This document shows positions 14,091-25,632 of a stretch of 64,000 nt of DNA, one piece after another (position 1 is the stretch's first letter; each line of letters starts with the position of its first letter). A model generated the notes under the pieces. The model had not been told where the DNA came from. It did no database searches and saw only the letters and a list, made by a program, of their open reading frames with translations. Location: assembly GCA_002269645.1 (NCBI GenBank), contig NIVC01000043.1:109086-173085 (forward strand), given 5' to 3'. Position numbers and translations under genes: made by a program. The DNA comes from Macrostomum lignano (lineage: Eukaryota).

Positions 14091-14863
14091 ATTAGCATAC
14101 TAAGCTTAGATAAAAGACTAAAACGATGCCAAAGTCAAATGCAACAGGTTGGTAAAGCAACGCAAAAATCGATTTGCACAATATTTATTGATTGCCATAG
14201 ATATTACAAAATTGCGAGACAAGGTTTAACAAAATTTAACAAAGTTAAAAAAAGACAAAAGAAGAGTCAACTAGTTTAAACGCAGGCCGTCCAAGGATAG
14301 CTTAGGAGAAAAAATAACAAGTCACAAAAGGCAAGTTAAAAAATAGGCTGCCTTACATGGCGCATATATGGTACTAATATTTAATAAATAAATAAATAAA
14401 GCGTGTTTGTAAAGCAGCACAACAAAGACTGGCGGATATGTACGCACAAGGAAGGCAAAGTGAGACAAAGAAGAATCGAACAAAAAAACAAGCAATGCAG
14501 ATAGCACCGATAGGCAAACAAAAAATAGTCACATAAAATAGTGCATGTTAATAAACACATGGGAAATGCTTTTAAGTGGGACAAGTTTGCAAAAAAATAT
14601 ATTAAATTAGCAAGTGCATGCGCGATTTTTATTACTTAAAGTAGCGAAATTGAAAGGCAAAACGTAAGTAATTAAAAATTAGATTAAGTAAAACAAACGG
14701 GTAGCAACCGTATGCAGGATTTAATTTACCGATTAACAATTTTGGCTGAATTGGGTCAATGCGTACTTTACTATGCAATTTATGAGGAAAATACAAAAAT
14801 AACTTTGATTCTAAAGCTGCTGTGTGGTTCAGGAGCTACCCCTAAATTTTTCAGGTAGTGCAA

Positions 14864-17263
14864 AGGCGATTCTCATGGGTAGTTTAGGGGCGACTCTCAC
14901 GGGTAGTTTAGGGGCGACTCTCACGGGTAGTTTAGGGGCGACTCTCACAGGTAGTTTAGGGGCGACTCTCACAGGTAGTTAAGGAGCGACTCTCACGGGT
15001 AGTTTAGGGGCGACTCTCACAGGTAGTTAAGGAGCGACTCTCACGGGTAGTTTAGGGGCGACTCTCACGGGTAGTTTAGGGGCGACTCTCACGGGTAGTT
15101 TAGGGGCGACTCTCACGGGTAGTTTAGTGGCGATTCTCACGGGTAGTTCAGGGGCGACTCTCACGGGTAGTTTAGGGGCGACTCTCACGGGTAGTTTAGG
15201 GGCGACTCTCACAGGTAGTTAAGGAGCGACTCTCACGGGTATTTTAGTGGCGATTCTCATGGGCAGTTTAGGGGCGACTCTCACGGGTAGTTTAGGGGCG
15301 GGCGATTCTCATGGGCAGTTTAGGGGCGACTCTCACGGGTAGTTTAGGGGCGACTCTCACGGGTAGTTTAGGGGCGACTCTCACAGGTAGTTAAGGAGCG
15401 ACTCTCACGGGTATTTTAGTGGCGATTCTCATGGGCAGTTTAGGGGCGATTCTCACGGGTAGTTTAGGGGCGGGCGATTCTCATGGGCAGTTTAGGGGCG
15501 ACTCTCACGGGTAGTTTAGGGGCGACTCTCACGGGTAGTTTAGGGACGATTCTCACGGGTAGTTTAGGGACGATTCTCACGGGTAGTTTAGGGGCGATTC
15601 TCATGGGCAGTTTAGGGGCGACTCTCACGGGTAGTTTAGGGGCGATTCTCACGGGTAGTTTAGTGGCGATTCTCACGGGTAGTTTAGGGGCGATTCTCAC
15701 GGGTAGTTTAGGGGCGATTCTCACAGGTAGTTTAGGGGCGATTCTCACGGGTAGTATAGTGGCGATTCTCATGGGCAGTTTAGTGGCGATTCTCACGGGT
15801 AGTTCAGGGGCGATTCTCACAGGTAGTTTAGGGGCGACTCTCACGGGTAGTTTAGGGGCGACTCTCACGGGTAGTTTAGGGGCGACTCTCACAGGTAGTT
15901 AAGGAGCGACTCTCACGGGTATTTTAGTGGCGATTCTCATGGGCAGTTTAGGGGCGATTCTCACGGGTAGTTTAGGGGCGGGCGATTCTCATGGGCAGTT
16001 TAGGGGCGACTCTCACGGGTAGTTTAGGGGCGACTCTCACGGGTAGTTTAGGGACGATTCTCACGGGTAGTTTAGGGACGATTCTCACGGGTAGTTTAGG
16101 GGCGATTCTCATGGGCAGTTTAGGGGCGACTCTCACGGGTAGTTTAGGGGCGATTCTCACGGGTAGTTTAGTGGCGATTCTCACGGGTAGTTTAGGGGCG
16201 ATTCTCACGGGTAGTTTAGGGGCGATTCTCACAGGTAGTTTAGGGGCGATTCTCACGGGTAGTATAGTGGCGATTCTCATGGGCAGTTTAGTGGCGATTC
16301 TCACGGGTAGTTCAGGGGCGATTCTCACAGGTAGTTTAGGGGCGACTCTCACGGGTAGTTTAGGGGCGACTCTCACGGGTAGTTTAGGGACGATTCTCAC
16401 GGGTAGTTTAGGGACGATTCTCACGGGTAGTTTAGGGGCGATTCTCATGGGCAGTTTAGTGGCGATTCTCATGGGCAGTTTAGGGGCGATTCTCACGGGT
16501 AGTTTAGGGGCGGGCGATTCTCATGGGCAGTTTAGGGGCGACTCTCACGGGTAGTTTAGGGGCGACTCTCACGGGTAGTTTAGGGACGATTCTCACGGGT
16601 AGTTTAGGGACGATTCTCACGGGTAGTTTAGGGGCGATTCTCATGGGCAGTTTAGGGGCGACTCTCACGGGTAGTTTAGGGGCGATTCTCACGGGTAGTT
16701 TAGTGGCGATTCTCACGGGTAGTTTAGGGGCGATTCTCACGGGTAGTTTAGGGGCGATTCTCACAGGTAGTTTAGGGGCGATTCTCACGGGTAGTATAGT
16801 GGCGATTCTCATGGGCAGTTTAGTGGCGATTCTCACGGGTAGTTCAGGGGCGATTCTCACAGGTAGTTTAGGGGCGACTCTCACGGGTAGTTTAGGGGCG
16901 ACTCTCACGGGTAGTTTAGGGACGATTCTCACGGGTAGTTTAGGGACGATTCTCACGGGTAGTTTAGGGGCGATTCTCATGGGCAGTTTAGGGGCGACTC
17001 TCACGGGTAGTTTAGGGGCGATTCTCACGGGTAGTTTAGTGGCGATTCTCACGGGTAGTTTAGGGGCGATTCTCACGGGTAGTTTAGGGGCGATTCTCAC
17101 AGGTAGTTTAGGGGCGATTCTCACGGGTAGTATAGTGGCGATTCTCATGGGCAGTTTAGTGGCGATTCTCACGGGTAGTTCAGGGGCGATTCTCACAGGT
17201 AGTTTAGGGGCGACTCTCACGGGTAGTTTAGGGGCGACTCTCACGGGTAGTTTAGGGGCGATT
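14864..17263. repeat. 24-bp satellite with ~0.5-kb higher-order repeats
   Basis: Unit GGGGCGA(C/T)TCTCACGGGTAGTTTA. The marker variant GGGGCGGGCGATTCTCATGGGC recurs at 508- and 532-bp spacing. Confidence 0.95.
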
Positions 17264-17356
17264 TTATCAACTAGTGGTGGATACAGTACTCATAGTTAGC
17301 AAATTTAGAAGAGGTTTATTACTGTAAAAGAATTCGACAAGTCAATACGGTAGCAC

Positions 17357-18620
17357 TTAGCACTTGGTATTCGGTACGCCGCCATTCCGACTCGAGCGAC
17401 AGGCCAAACAGCCAGCCCCATTCAGATTGGCCAGCTCAGCAGATCGAGTTTGCATTCGGCTCTCTAATTCTCGAGCCTGTTGACGCAATTGAGCAGCCTC
17501 ATTTGGATTGGAAGTCGTTGCAGCGAGCCGATTGCACAGGCGCAGTTCGGCTAGTAGACAGTCTACCAGACGTTCGGTGTCCTCTACTAGGCGGGTGTGC
17601 AGCCAAGCTGGTAGCTGGCAATCCGGCTGCTCAGTATGCTGCTGCTGCAGATGATGACGCTGCTGATGCTGGCAACGAGCGACCGGTTGCGCTTTGGTTG
17701 CTGCGTTACTACTGGCTGCAGTAGTATTAGTTGATGCGAAGGAATATTCACCAAATTCTGCTGGGCGTTGATGAGTCTGTGGATTAAAGGAGCGCGATTA
17801 ATGCTTTGTAGAATGTACTTTTACAAGCACACTGGATTAGAGAGATAAGGGACCAATGCTTAGGGACGGATTAGGGATGGATTAGAGACCGATGCTTAGG
17901 GACGGATTAGGGATGGATTAGAGACCGATGCTTAGGGACGGATTAGGGATATATTTGGGATGGATTAGAGACCGATGCTTAGGCACGGATTAGGGATGGA
18001 TGGGGACTGCTTAGGGTGGATTACGTATGAATTAGAGACGGATGCTTAAGGTGTGGATTAAGGTCATAGATACGGATAGGTGCGGATTAGTAAACTCATC
18101 TTAACAGACTTACGGCAGTAGCGCTGACCATTACCGGTCCAGCCGAAAATGTGGATGCACTGGTAGGCGGAGCATCGCCAACCCCGCTACCGACGCCGCC
18201 GCCGCTGCCACTACCGACGCCTTTCCGACGCCATTCAATACGCAACAGCCGACCGTCCAACATTAAACCGTGGCCCCGGCCATCAACCAGGCCAATAGCC
18301 GATTGGATGCGAGCAAATTTAGCGAATGCAAAGCCGCGAAATCCGCCGCCAGGCCCGTAGGCTAGGCTGACGTGTTCCAGCGGGCCGAATCGGCTTAATT
18401 CGCGAGTTAGATCGGATTTGGTGGCCGTTGGCGGCAGATTGCCAATAAATAGCTCGCTACACGGCTGAGGGGGCGGTGGGGCCGGCGGCGGTGGCGGGGG
18501 TGGCGGGTGAGGCGGCGGTGGCAAATGAAACGCAGGCGGTAGCGGCGGCGCTAGATAGTAGCACTGTTGAAGCTGAGATTGTTGATTAGCCTGCTGATAG
18601 CACGGCTGTTGAATGGCCGC

Positions 18621-18653
<33 letters not shown>

Positions 18654-18680
18654 CCAGCTTGGTGGGATTGTGCCAATCAT
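17357..18680 (-). CDS. Single-RRM protein with a Q/P-rich N-terminus and a coiled-coil-like C-terminus, 2 exons
   Basis: TTTCAG|ATG at 18680. RNP2 LFIGNL and RNP1 RGFAFAKF. Donor GCC|GTAAGT at 18114. Exon 2 (17776-17357) is absent from the ORF track; it follows CCACAG| and is open in phase 0 (THQRPAEF...RQQARELESRMQ...NTKC*). Confidence 0.8.
17825..18090. repeat. 36-bp degenerate repeat in the RRM-gene intron
   Basis: Unit GATGCTTAGGGACGGATTAGGGATGGATTAGAGACC. Confidence 0.8.
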
Positions 18681-18784
18681 CTGAAACATTTAATTAATAT
18701 ATGCATACTGATATAGGATGTGTATGCAAGGTTTAGAGGTTAATTTCATGGCTTAAGCATTGATTGATAAGGGATGAACGTTCT

Positions 18785-20295
18785 AGAGATGATGGTCATG
18801 GCCTGGGTGACCCTAGAGATGATGGTCATGAGTGACCCTAGAGATGATGGTCATGGATGACTAGAGATTATGGTCATTGGTGACTAGAGATGATTGTCAT
18901 GGATGACTACAGATTATGGTCATGGGTGACCCTAGAGATGATGGTCATGGGTGACCCTAGAGATGATGGTCATGGGTGACTAGAGATGATGGTCATGGGT
19001 GACCCTAGAGATGATGGTCATGGGTGACTAGAGATGATGGTCATGGGTGACCCTAGAGATGATGGTCATGGGTGACCCTAGAGATGATGGTCATGGATGA
19101 CTAGAGATGATGGTCATTGGTGACTAGAGATGATTGTCATGGATGACTACAGATTATGGTCATGGGTGACCCTAGAGATGATGGTCATGGGTGACCCTAG
19201 AGATGATGGTCATGGGTGACTAGAGATGATGGTCATGGGTGACCCTAGAGATGATGGTCATGGGTGACCCTAGAGATGATTGTCATGGATGACTACAGAT
19301 GATGGTCATGGGTGACTAGAGATGATGGTCATGGGTGACCCTAGAGATGATGGTCATGGGTGACTAGAGATGATGGTCATGGGTGACTAGAGATGATGGT
19401 CATGGGTGACTAGAGATGATGGTAATGGGTGAATAGAGATGATGGTCATGGGTGACTAGAGATGATGGTCATGGGTGACTAGAGATGATGGTCATGGGTG
19501 ACTAGAGATGATGGTCATGGGTGACCCTAGAGATGATGGTCATGGGTGACTAGAGATGATGGTCATGGGTGACCCTAGAGATAATGGTCATGGGTGACTA
19601 GAGATAATGGTCATGGGTGACTAGAGATGATGGTCATGGGTGACCCTAGAGATGATGGTCATGGGTGACTAGAGATGATGGTCATGGGTGACTAGAGTTA
19701 ATGGTCATGGGTGACTAGAGATGATGATCATTGGTGACTAGAGATGATCGTCATGGGTGAATAGAGATGATGGTCATTAGTGACTAGAGATGATGGTCAT
19801 TGGTGACTAGAGATGATGGTCATGGGTGACTAGAGATGATGGTCATGGGTGACCCTAGAGATGATGATCATGGGTGACTAGAGTTAATGGTCATGGGTGA
19901 CTAGAGATGATGGTCATGGGTGACCCTAGAGATAATGGTCATGGGTGACTAGAGATAATGGTCATGGGTGACTAGAGATGATGGTCATGGGTGACTAGAG
20001 ATGATGGTCATGGGTGACTAGAGATGATGGTCATGGGTGACTAGAGATGATGGTCATGGGTGACTAGAGATGATGGTCATGGGTGACTAGAGATGATGGT
20101 CATGGGTGACTAGAGATGATGGTCATGGGTGAATAGAGATGATGGTCATGGGTGACTAGAGATGATGGTCATGGGTGACTAGAGATGATGGTCATGGGTG
20201 ACTAGAGATGATGGTCATGGGTGACTAGAGATGATGGTAATGGGTGACTCTAGAGATGATGGTAATGGGTGACTCTAGAGATGATGATCATGGGT
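18785..20295. repeat. 23/25-bp tandem repeat
   Basis: Unit GTCATGGGTGAC(CC)TAGAGATGATG. Confidence 0.96.
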
Positions 20296-21204
20296 AAGCA
20301 TTTTACTAATTTAAAGATTGAAAAAAGAAGAGTCAAAAACAGCACTTTTATCAAAAAATCCTAAATTAATAATTGTCATTGCGCTGCAGTTAGTACAGAA
20401 GGATAACCGCAGTCGGCATTGAAACGACAAAGCAGCAAAATGGACACCGTGATGGGTTTAAGCGAATAAGACGACCTTGATTTGATAAGGGCCAGTTTGG
20501 TCTTCTTTAAAGGAAACATGAACAACTTATTAAGACGGGACATTTCTTGCAGGACAACGAATGTTTTTCAAAGTATTTTTTTTCAAAAAAGAACAAAGAA
20601 AAATGAGAAAATACGTATTAAAATAAGCACTAGCATATCATATAGTAACGAGATTTGTACATTCAATCTAACAACTTGACAGTTCATATGTAATTGCTGC
20701 TAAGACGGGACTGAAATATTTTTTATTTAATTTAGTTTTTTTACTCCATTAGTTTCCAACATAATAGCATAGACAGACTAACCCATGATTGATGCAGGTA
20801 TGCAGCATACTTGATTAAAGCAACTCGATGCACAACATACAGTGGGGAACAGTACCAAATAATGTGCAGAAACATGCAGGGCAAATAAGCGCACACAAAC
20901 AGAACCGGGATGACAATGCACTGTCGTGAAAATTCACAATGAAACATTTACAATGTAAACCCTTTCTGCCATAGAGCATACTATTTTTATGCATTTCAAA
21001 ATAAGCACCCGTCTGGTCGGGAATTAGCTTAGGTAACTAGTCTAACAGCCTCCGTAAGAATCGCAACATGATTATTGACAGGTTCTCAGTGTGCCAGAAC
21101 AAAGAAAAACTACATACAAAGTCTCAGTCAAATGCGGCTTCGCTCCACAAGAAACAAATATTGCAGCACAAATCAAAGTTACTCAAGGCCCACTGCCAAC
21201 CAGA

Positions 21205-23931
21205 TCAGACTCGGGTCGGCTCGCCTCCGACGCTAGCGTCGGCCATTTTCCGCGGCGACGAGTTGGCCGACGACGATCCTGATGAAGAAGAGCCGCTGGA
21301 CGACGAAGAGCCGCTAGACGAAATAGAAGACGTGCGCCGCCTGCCAGCCATATGGGGATCGTATTGCTGACCGCTGCTGACGCCGGCTTCCACTGGCCCA
21401 ACAGAAGGCAGCGGCGGCATCGCCTTGTCGTCCTCGTTGTCTTCAGCCTCCGACGATGACGAAGAAGACGAAGACGACGAAGACGAAGATGAAGATGAAG
21501 ACGAGGAGCCCGAAGAAGAGCTGCTGCTGGCGTCAAGCCGCGGCACGAATTTGTCTCTAGCCGATAGCTCTCTAGAAGGTGACGCTGTCGTGCCTCGCGT
21601 CGGCGATCGTCGCTTGTCCCGTCGCCTCTCCTGCTGCTGCCGCTTGATGTAGTCGCGCTTGATCCGATAGCGATTGTCCGCCGCCCCGGAGGCCGCAGCA
21701 ACGACATCCCGGTCAGGGTTATGATCCCGATCCCGGTTCCGATCCCGCTCTGAAACCCGCTCTCGACCGGATTCGCGATCCCGGTCCCGGTCCCGATTTC
21801 GATCCCGATCTCTATCACGAAATCGTTCCCGATCGCGGCCCGGCTCAGTAAAGTCCCGATCGCGGCGACGCTCCCGATCTCGATTCCTGTCCCGATCCCG
21901 AAGCGACTCAAGCTGGTCGCGCTGTTTGCGCCGATCATTTTCGACCCGATCGTCGCGGCGATCGGTTCGTCTTTGCCGGCGGCTAGCATCGTCTTCGAGC
22001 TTAACGGCAACGGCGGTAACTTTGGACGGCACGACAACGGCCGAGCCCAGCTCGCCGCCGCTAACAACTCTACGCGTAGGCGACCCGGAACGATCTCTCG
22101 GACTGTTGCCATTGCTATTATTATTATTATCGCCGCTTCGACGTCGACGTCGGTCGCGAAGTTGGCGTCGCAGATCGTCGCCCCCGCCGCCGCCTCCTGC
22201 TTGGACACGACGACCTCCCCGACGCCTGTCGTGCATAAATTCGTGCTCCAACTCCATAAACTTGTCGCACTGCCATCGGCCGTCAGGACCTTCGACGTCC
22301 CTGTCATCGGCGGCAGCGGCACCGGTCGTTGACTTTGTCGGCTCCGGTGGTGGAGCCTCGCTAAGCAGCTCGTCGTCATCATCAACGTCGGCCATAATAT
22401 CCACTGTATCTGGCTGATACTGACGCGCTGCCAGTCGGCTCCGTTGAATGTCACCACGCAGGTCGTCGCCGTCCTCTTTATCGACTTTGTCGGCATCGTC
22501 ACTAACTACGTCGACGTCGATACCGGCCGTGACAGCGGCGATAGCGGCGGCTGCGGCGGCCGAAGCAGCTGATTTGCTCCACTTGGTGCCGCGATGGGCT
22601 TTCCGACGCTCCAGTAGGCGATTTCTGGCGTCTCCGCTGGTAAGCGAGGCGCCGCCGCTGTGATCGACTTGCTCGCCATCGGCCAGCTGGTCGGAGACCA
22701 TCTTCAATGAAGTCAACGGCCGGCGCCTGGCCGCGTCCTCCCGGCGACCGCCGTCATCGTCGGTGTCGCCGCCGCTGTCGGAGACATCTTCGGCGCCGTT
22801 GGCCATGCGACGTCGCTTTGAACGAACAGCGTCGCGCGTGTCGACGTTGGCCTGCGTCTCGCGCAGACGCCGTTCGGCGTTGACCCGCTTCCTGTAGGAT
22901 TTGGAGATGTGGCCGGACAGATTGTCGTAGTTCGGATTGCCGTACTTCTTATAATACTTCGAATTCTTATTGGCGCCCTTCACTTTCCGGTCAGATTTGA
23001 ATGCGAATCGAATCCGAAGGTTTTTGCATCGATTGTGCGGCCTGGCCTCGAGCCAGTGCCCTGGCGGCAACTGCTTAATCTGGCTATCCTCATCTGAGTC
23101 AGTCGGCTGATCCGAGGCCACCTTGGCCTCCTCCTGGCCAGATAACGACGAAGAAGAATGCCGACGTCGACGCTGCCGACGCTCCGGAGGTTTAGTATCG
23201 CTGCTACTCCCAGCGACTGGCTGATTTTTGTCACCTTCGTTGTCCTCTTTATTATTAGAGTCGTCTTCCATAGGTTCATCGTTGACAACTGCAGGCTCAG
23301 TAGCTTCATCAATATCGGCGGCAACGCGAAGGATTGCCTGCATAGCGGTGTCATGGTCGGCGAATACCACATTGCAGGAATAATCGTCTATCCATTCCAT
23401 TGATTCTGGCGCAATGTCGCCGAAGTAGCGAAAAATCTCTTCAGTATTCATGCGGTTAACGCCGCGCAAGTGGATGGCATTTAGGCGCAATCGGCGCTCG
23501 AAAGGATCGGTTAAGTCGCTCTGAGAGATGCCTAGAGCTGAGTAGGCGGCCAGTTTCAATTCTTCGGCATCTTCGCATTTGGTTAGCCGGCCTATCACAG
23601 TTTTAGTTGGACGAGGCGGCGGCGGACGCCTCGGCGGAGGCGGCGGACGCGGCGACGAAGAACGAGCTCGGCCGTCGCCGGCGCCAGTAGTTGAAGGCTG
23701 TCGACGCCGAGCCGCGGGAGGTTCGTACAGCCGCTGCTGCCGTTGTTGGCGTTGATTAATCAGGTTGAGCATCTCGCGACAGTCTTGCAGCTCCTCGTCG
23801 GTTAAGCCGGGTACCTGCTGCTGCGGTTTACTACTTGTAGTAGCTGTTGATTTTCCAGCCTCAGCGCTTGCGGCCGAATCTACGGCCATATCGTCGACAT
23901 CGTCTAATAGCAGTACGGGCGGATCCGCCAT
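21205..23931 (-). CDS. NCBP3: Nuclear cap-binding protein subunit 3 (C17orf85), intronless, with an RD/RS-rich C-terminus
   Basis: AIHLRGVNRMNTEEIFRYF...EWIDDYSCNVVF and IRFAFKSDRK...SKYYKKYGNPNY match the NCBP3 RRM region. Likely start is MADPP at 23931; the ORF is open from 24003. Confidence 0.88.
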   Translation of the reverse strand: MADPPVLLLDDVDDMAVDSAASAEAGKSTATTSSKPQQQVPGLTDEELQDCREMLNLINQRQQRQQRLYEPPAARRRQPSTTGAGDGRARSSSPRPPPPPRRPPPPRPTKTVIGRLTKCEDAEELKLAAYSALGISQSDLTDPFERRLRLNAIHLRGVNRMNTEEIFRYFGDIAPESMEWIDDYSCNVVFADHDTAMQAILRVAADIDEATEPAVVNDEPMEDDSNNKEDNEGDKNQPVAGSSSDTKPPERRQRRRRHSSSSLSGQEEAKVASDQPTDSDEDSQIKQLPPGHWLEARPHNRCKNLRIRFAFKSDRKVKGANKNSKYYKKYGNPNYDNLSGHISKSYRKRVNAERRLRETQANVDTRDAVRSKRRRMANGAEDVSDSGGDTDDDGGRREDAARRRPLTSLKMVSDQLADGEQVDHSGGASLTSGDARNRLLERRKAHRGTKWSKSAASAAAAAAIAAVTAGIDVDVVSDDADKVDKEDGDDLRGDIQRSRLAARQYQPDTVDIMADVDDDDELLSEAPPPEPTKSTTGAAAADDRDVEGPDGRWQCDKFMELEHEFMHDRRRGGRRVQAGGGGGGDDLRRQLRDRRRRRSGDNNNNSNGNSPRDRSGSPTRRVVSGGELGSAVVVPSKVTAVAVKLEDDASRRQRRTDRRDDRVENDRRKQRDQLESLRDRDRNRDRERRRDRDFTEPGRDRERFRDRDRDRNRDRDRDRESGRERVSERDRNRDRDHNPDRDVVAAASGAADNRYRIKRDYIKRQQQERRRDKRRSPTRGTTASPSRELSARDKFVPRLDASSSSSSGSSSSSSSSSSSSSSSSSSSEAEDNEDDKAMPPLPSVGPVEAGVSSGQQYDPHMAGRRRTSSISSSGSSSSSGSSSSGSSSANSSPRKMADASVGGEPTRV

Positions 23932-24929
23932 GATGAATATTTCAATTGTTGAGCAGGTCGGCTTCTTTTGTTTTGAGTTGCACTGCGGTGGTGCTACATG
24001 CATTGAGTGAAATTAATTGACTTCAAAATACAGTAGACTGTCTCATTACTGTTTCACAGTTTCATTACTACTACTTACTATAAGTAGCTTAGAAACCTTT
24101 CAAAATATCTAAAAATTCATTATTAAAGATCATTTAACTACAAACTATAGCCGAACAATATCCAAGAATCCAATTTCATTAACTAAGGTAAAATTAACAG
24201 AAATAAAAAGTCTAGAAACTAAAGAAGCGTGTTAGCAAAAGAGCGGATGCAACAAAATTTATATATTATATATTTGCTCTTCTATCCAAAAACACATTCA
24301 ATTCTACCTTGCATAGGATACAATGCAGTTCAAGCTATTAAATTTCAATAATATTTTAACAAAATGTACCGTAACTGTTAATAGATTTTAAGAAGTATCC
24401 AAAAAATCGATTCATTTTCAGACACGCTAGGGAAAAAATCAATCAACATTTTCGACTAATTGGTGCACAATGCACATTAATATAAATAAATGAATAATTT
24501 TAGTAATTCAAATAAAAATGCAAACCATACATCATAGAGTTCGTGGGGAAAGCGTAGCAGAGAGGGTCTAGTTCAGTTTTAAAAAAAATCAAATTAGTTT
24601 TTAATTTCGCATAAGTTGCAAATGAGTAGTTTATAAACTTATTGAACGGAAAAAATCAGAGACAGTGCACTGGCGACAGGTACAATACATTAGTTTGTTA
24701 TGTTGCTATTCAGTTATTTAATTTTTCACGTAAAAATACGAATACGGGAAATACGCCAAGCAATTAATCATTAGGAAATAATCATTCGCATGTTACTAGA
24801 GCAGCATATTCCTGCATAAAAAATTAATTAATTAACCGCTCAGACGCTAATTAGACTCTATTTAAGTTAGTACGAGTATTGGCAAACAAATTCTGTCTGA
24901 TTTAAGGTACCTAAGAGACCCGCTCACTA

Positions 24930-25540
24930 AAGGGATTTGGAAGAAGCAGCGGAGCTTCTAATGGGGGATTTGGGGAAGCAGCGGAGCTCCTAATGGGGGA
25001 TTTTGGGGAAGCAGCGGAGCTTCTAATGGGGGATTTGGGGAAGCAGCGGAGCTTCTAATGGGGGATTTGGGGGAAGCAGCGGAGCTTCTAATGGGGGATT
25101 TGGGGAAGCAGTGGAGCTTCTAATGGGGGATTTGGGGAAGCAGTGGAGCTTCTAATGGGGGATTTGGGGAAGCAGCGGAGCTTCTAATGGGGGATTTGGG
25201 GAAGCAGCGGAGCTTCTAATGGGGGATTTGGGGGAAGCAGCGGAGCTTCTAATGGGGGATTTGGGGAAGCAGCGGAGCTTCTAATGGGGGATTTGGGGAA
25301 GCAGCGGAGCTTCTAATGGGGGATTTGGGGAAGCAGCGGAGCTTCTAATGGGGGATTTGGGGAAGCAGTGGAGCTCCTAATGGGGGATTTGGGGAAGCAG
25401 TGGAGCTCCTAATGGGGGATTTGGGGAAGCAGTGGAGCTCCTAATGGGGGATTTGGGGAAGAGCGGAGCTTCTAATGGGGGATTTGGGGGAAGCAGCGGA
25501 CCTTCTAATGGGGGATTTGGGGAAGCAACGGAGCTTCTAG
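24930..25540. repeat. 32-bp G-rich tandem repeat
   Basis: Unit GGGGAAGCAGCGGAGCTTCTAATGGGGGATTT, starting about 90 bp past the FKBP8 stop. Confidence 0.95.
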
Positions 25541-25632
25541 TTTTAAAACGATTCCAGTGTGTTAAATATGCACACACAAAACTCCCCCTAAGCATGCAAA
25601 AATCATCTAGTACGTTATAAATGACAAAACTG

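Noticed and set aside
14864-18090. TTTAGGG/TTAGGG words as interstitial telomeres
   Set aside because: They occur singly within 24- and 36-bp units, never as tandem hexamer or heptamer runs.
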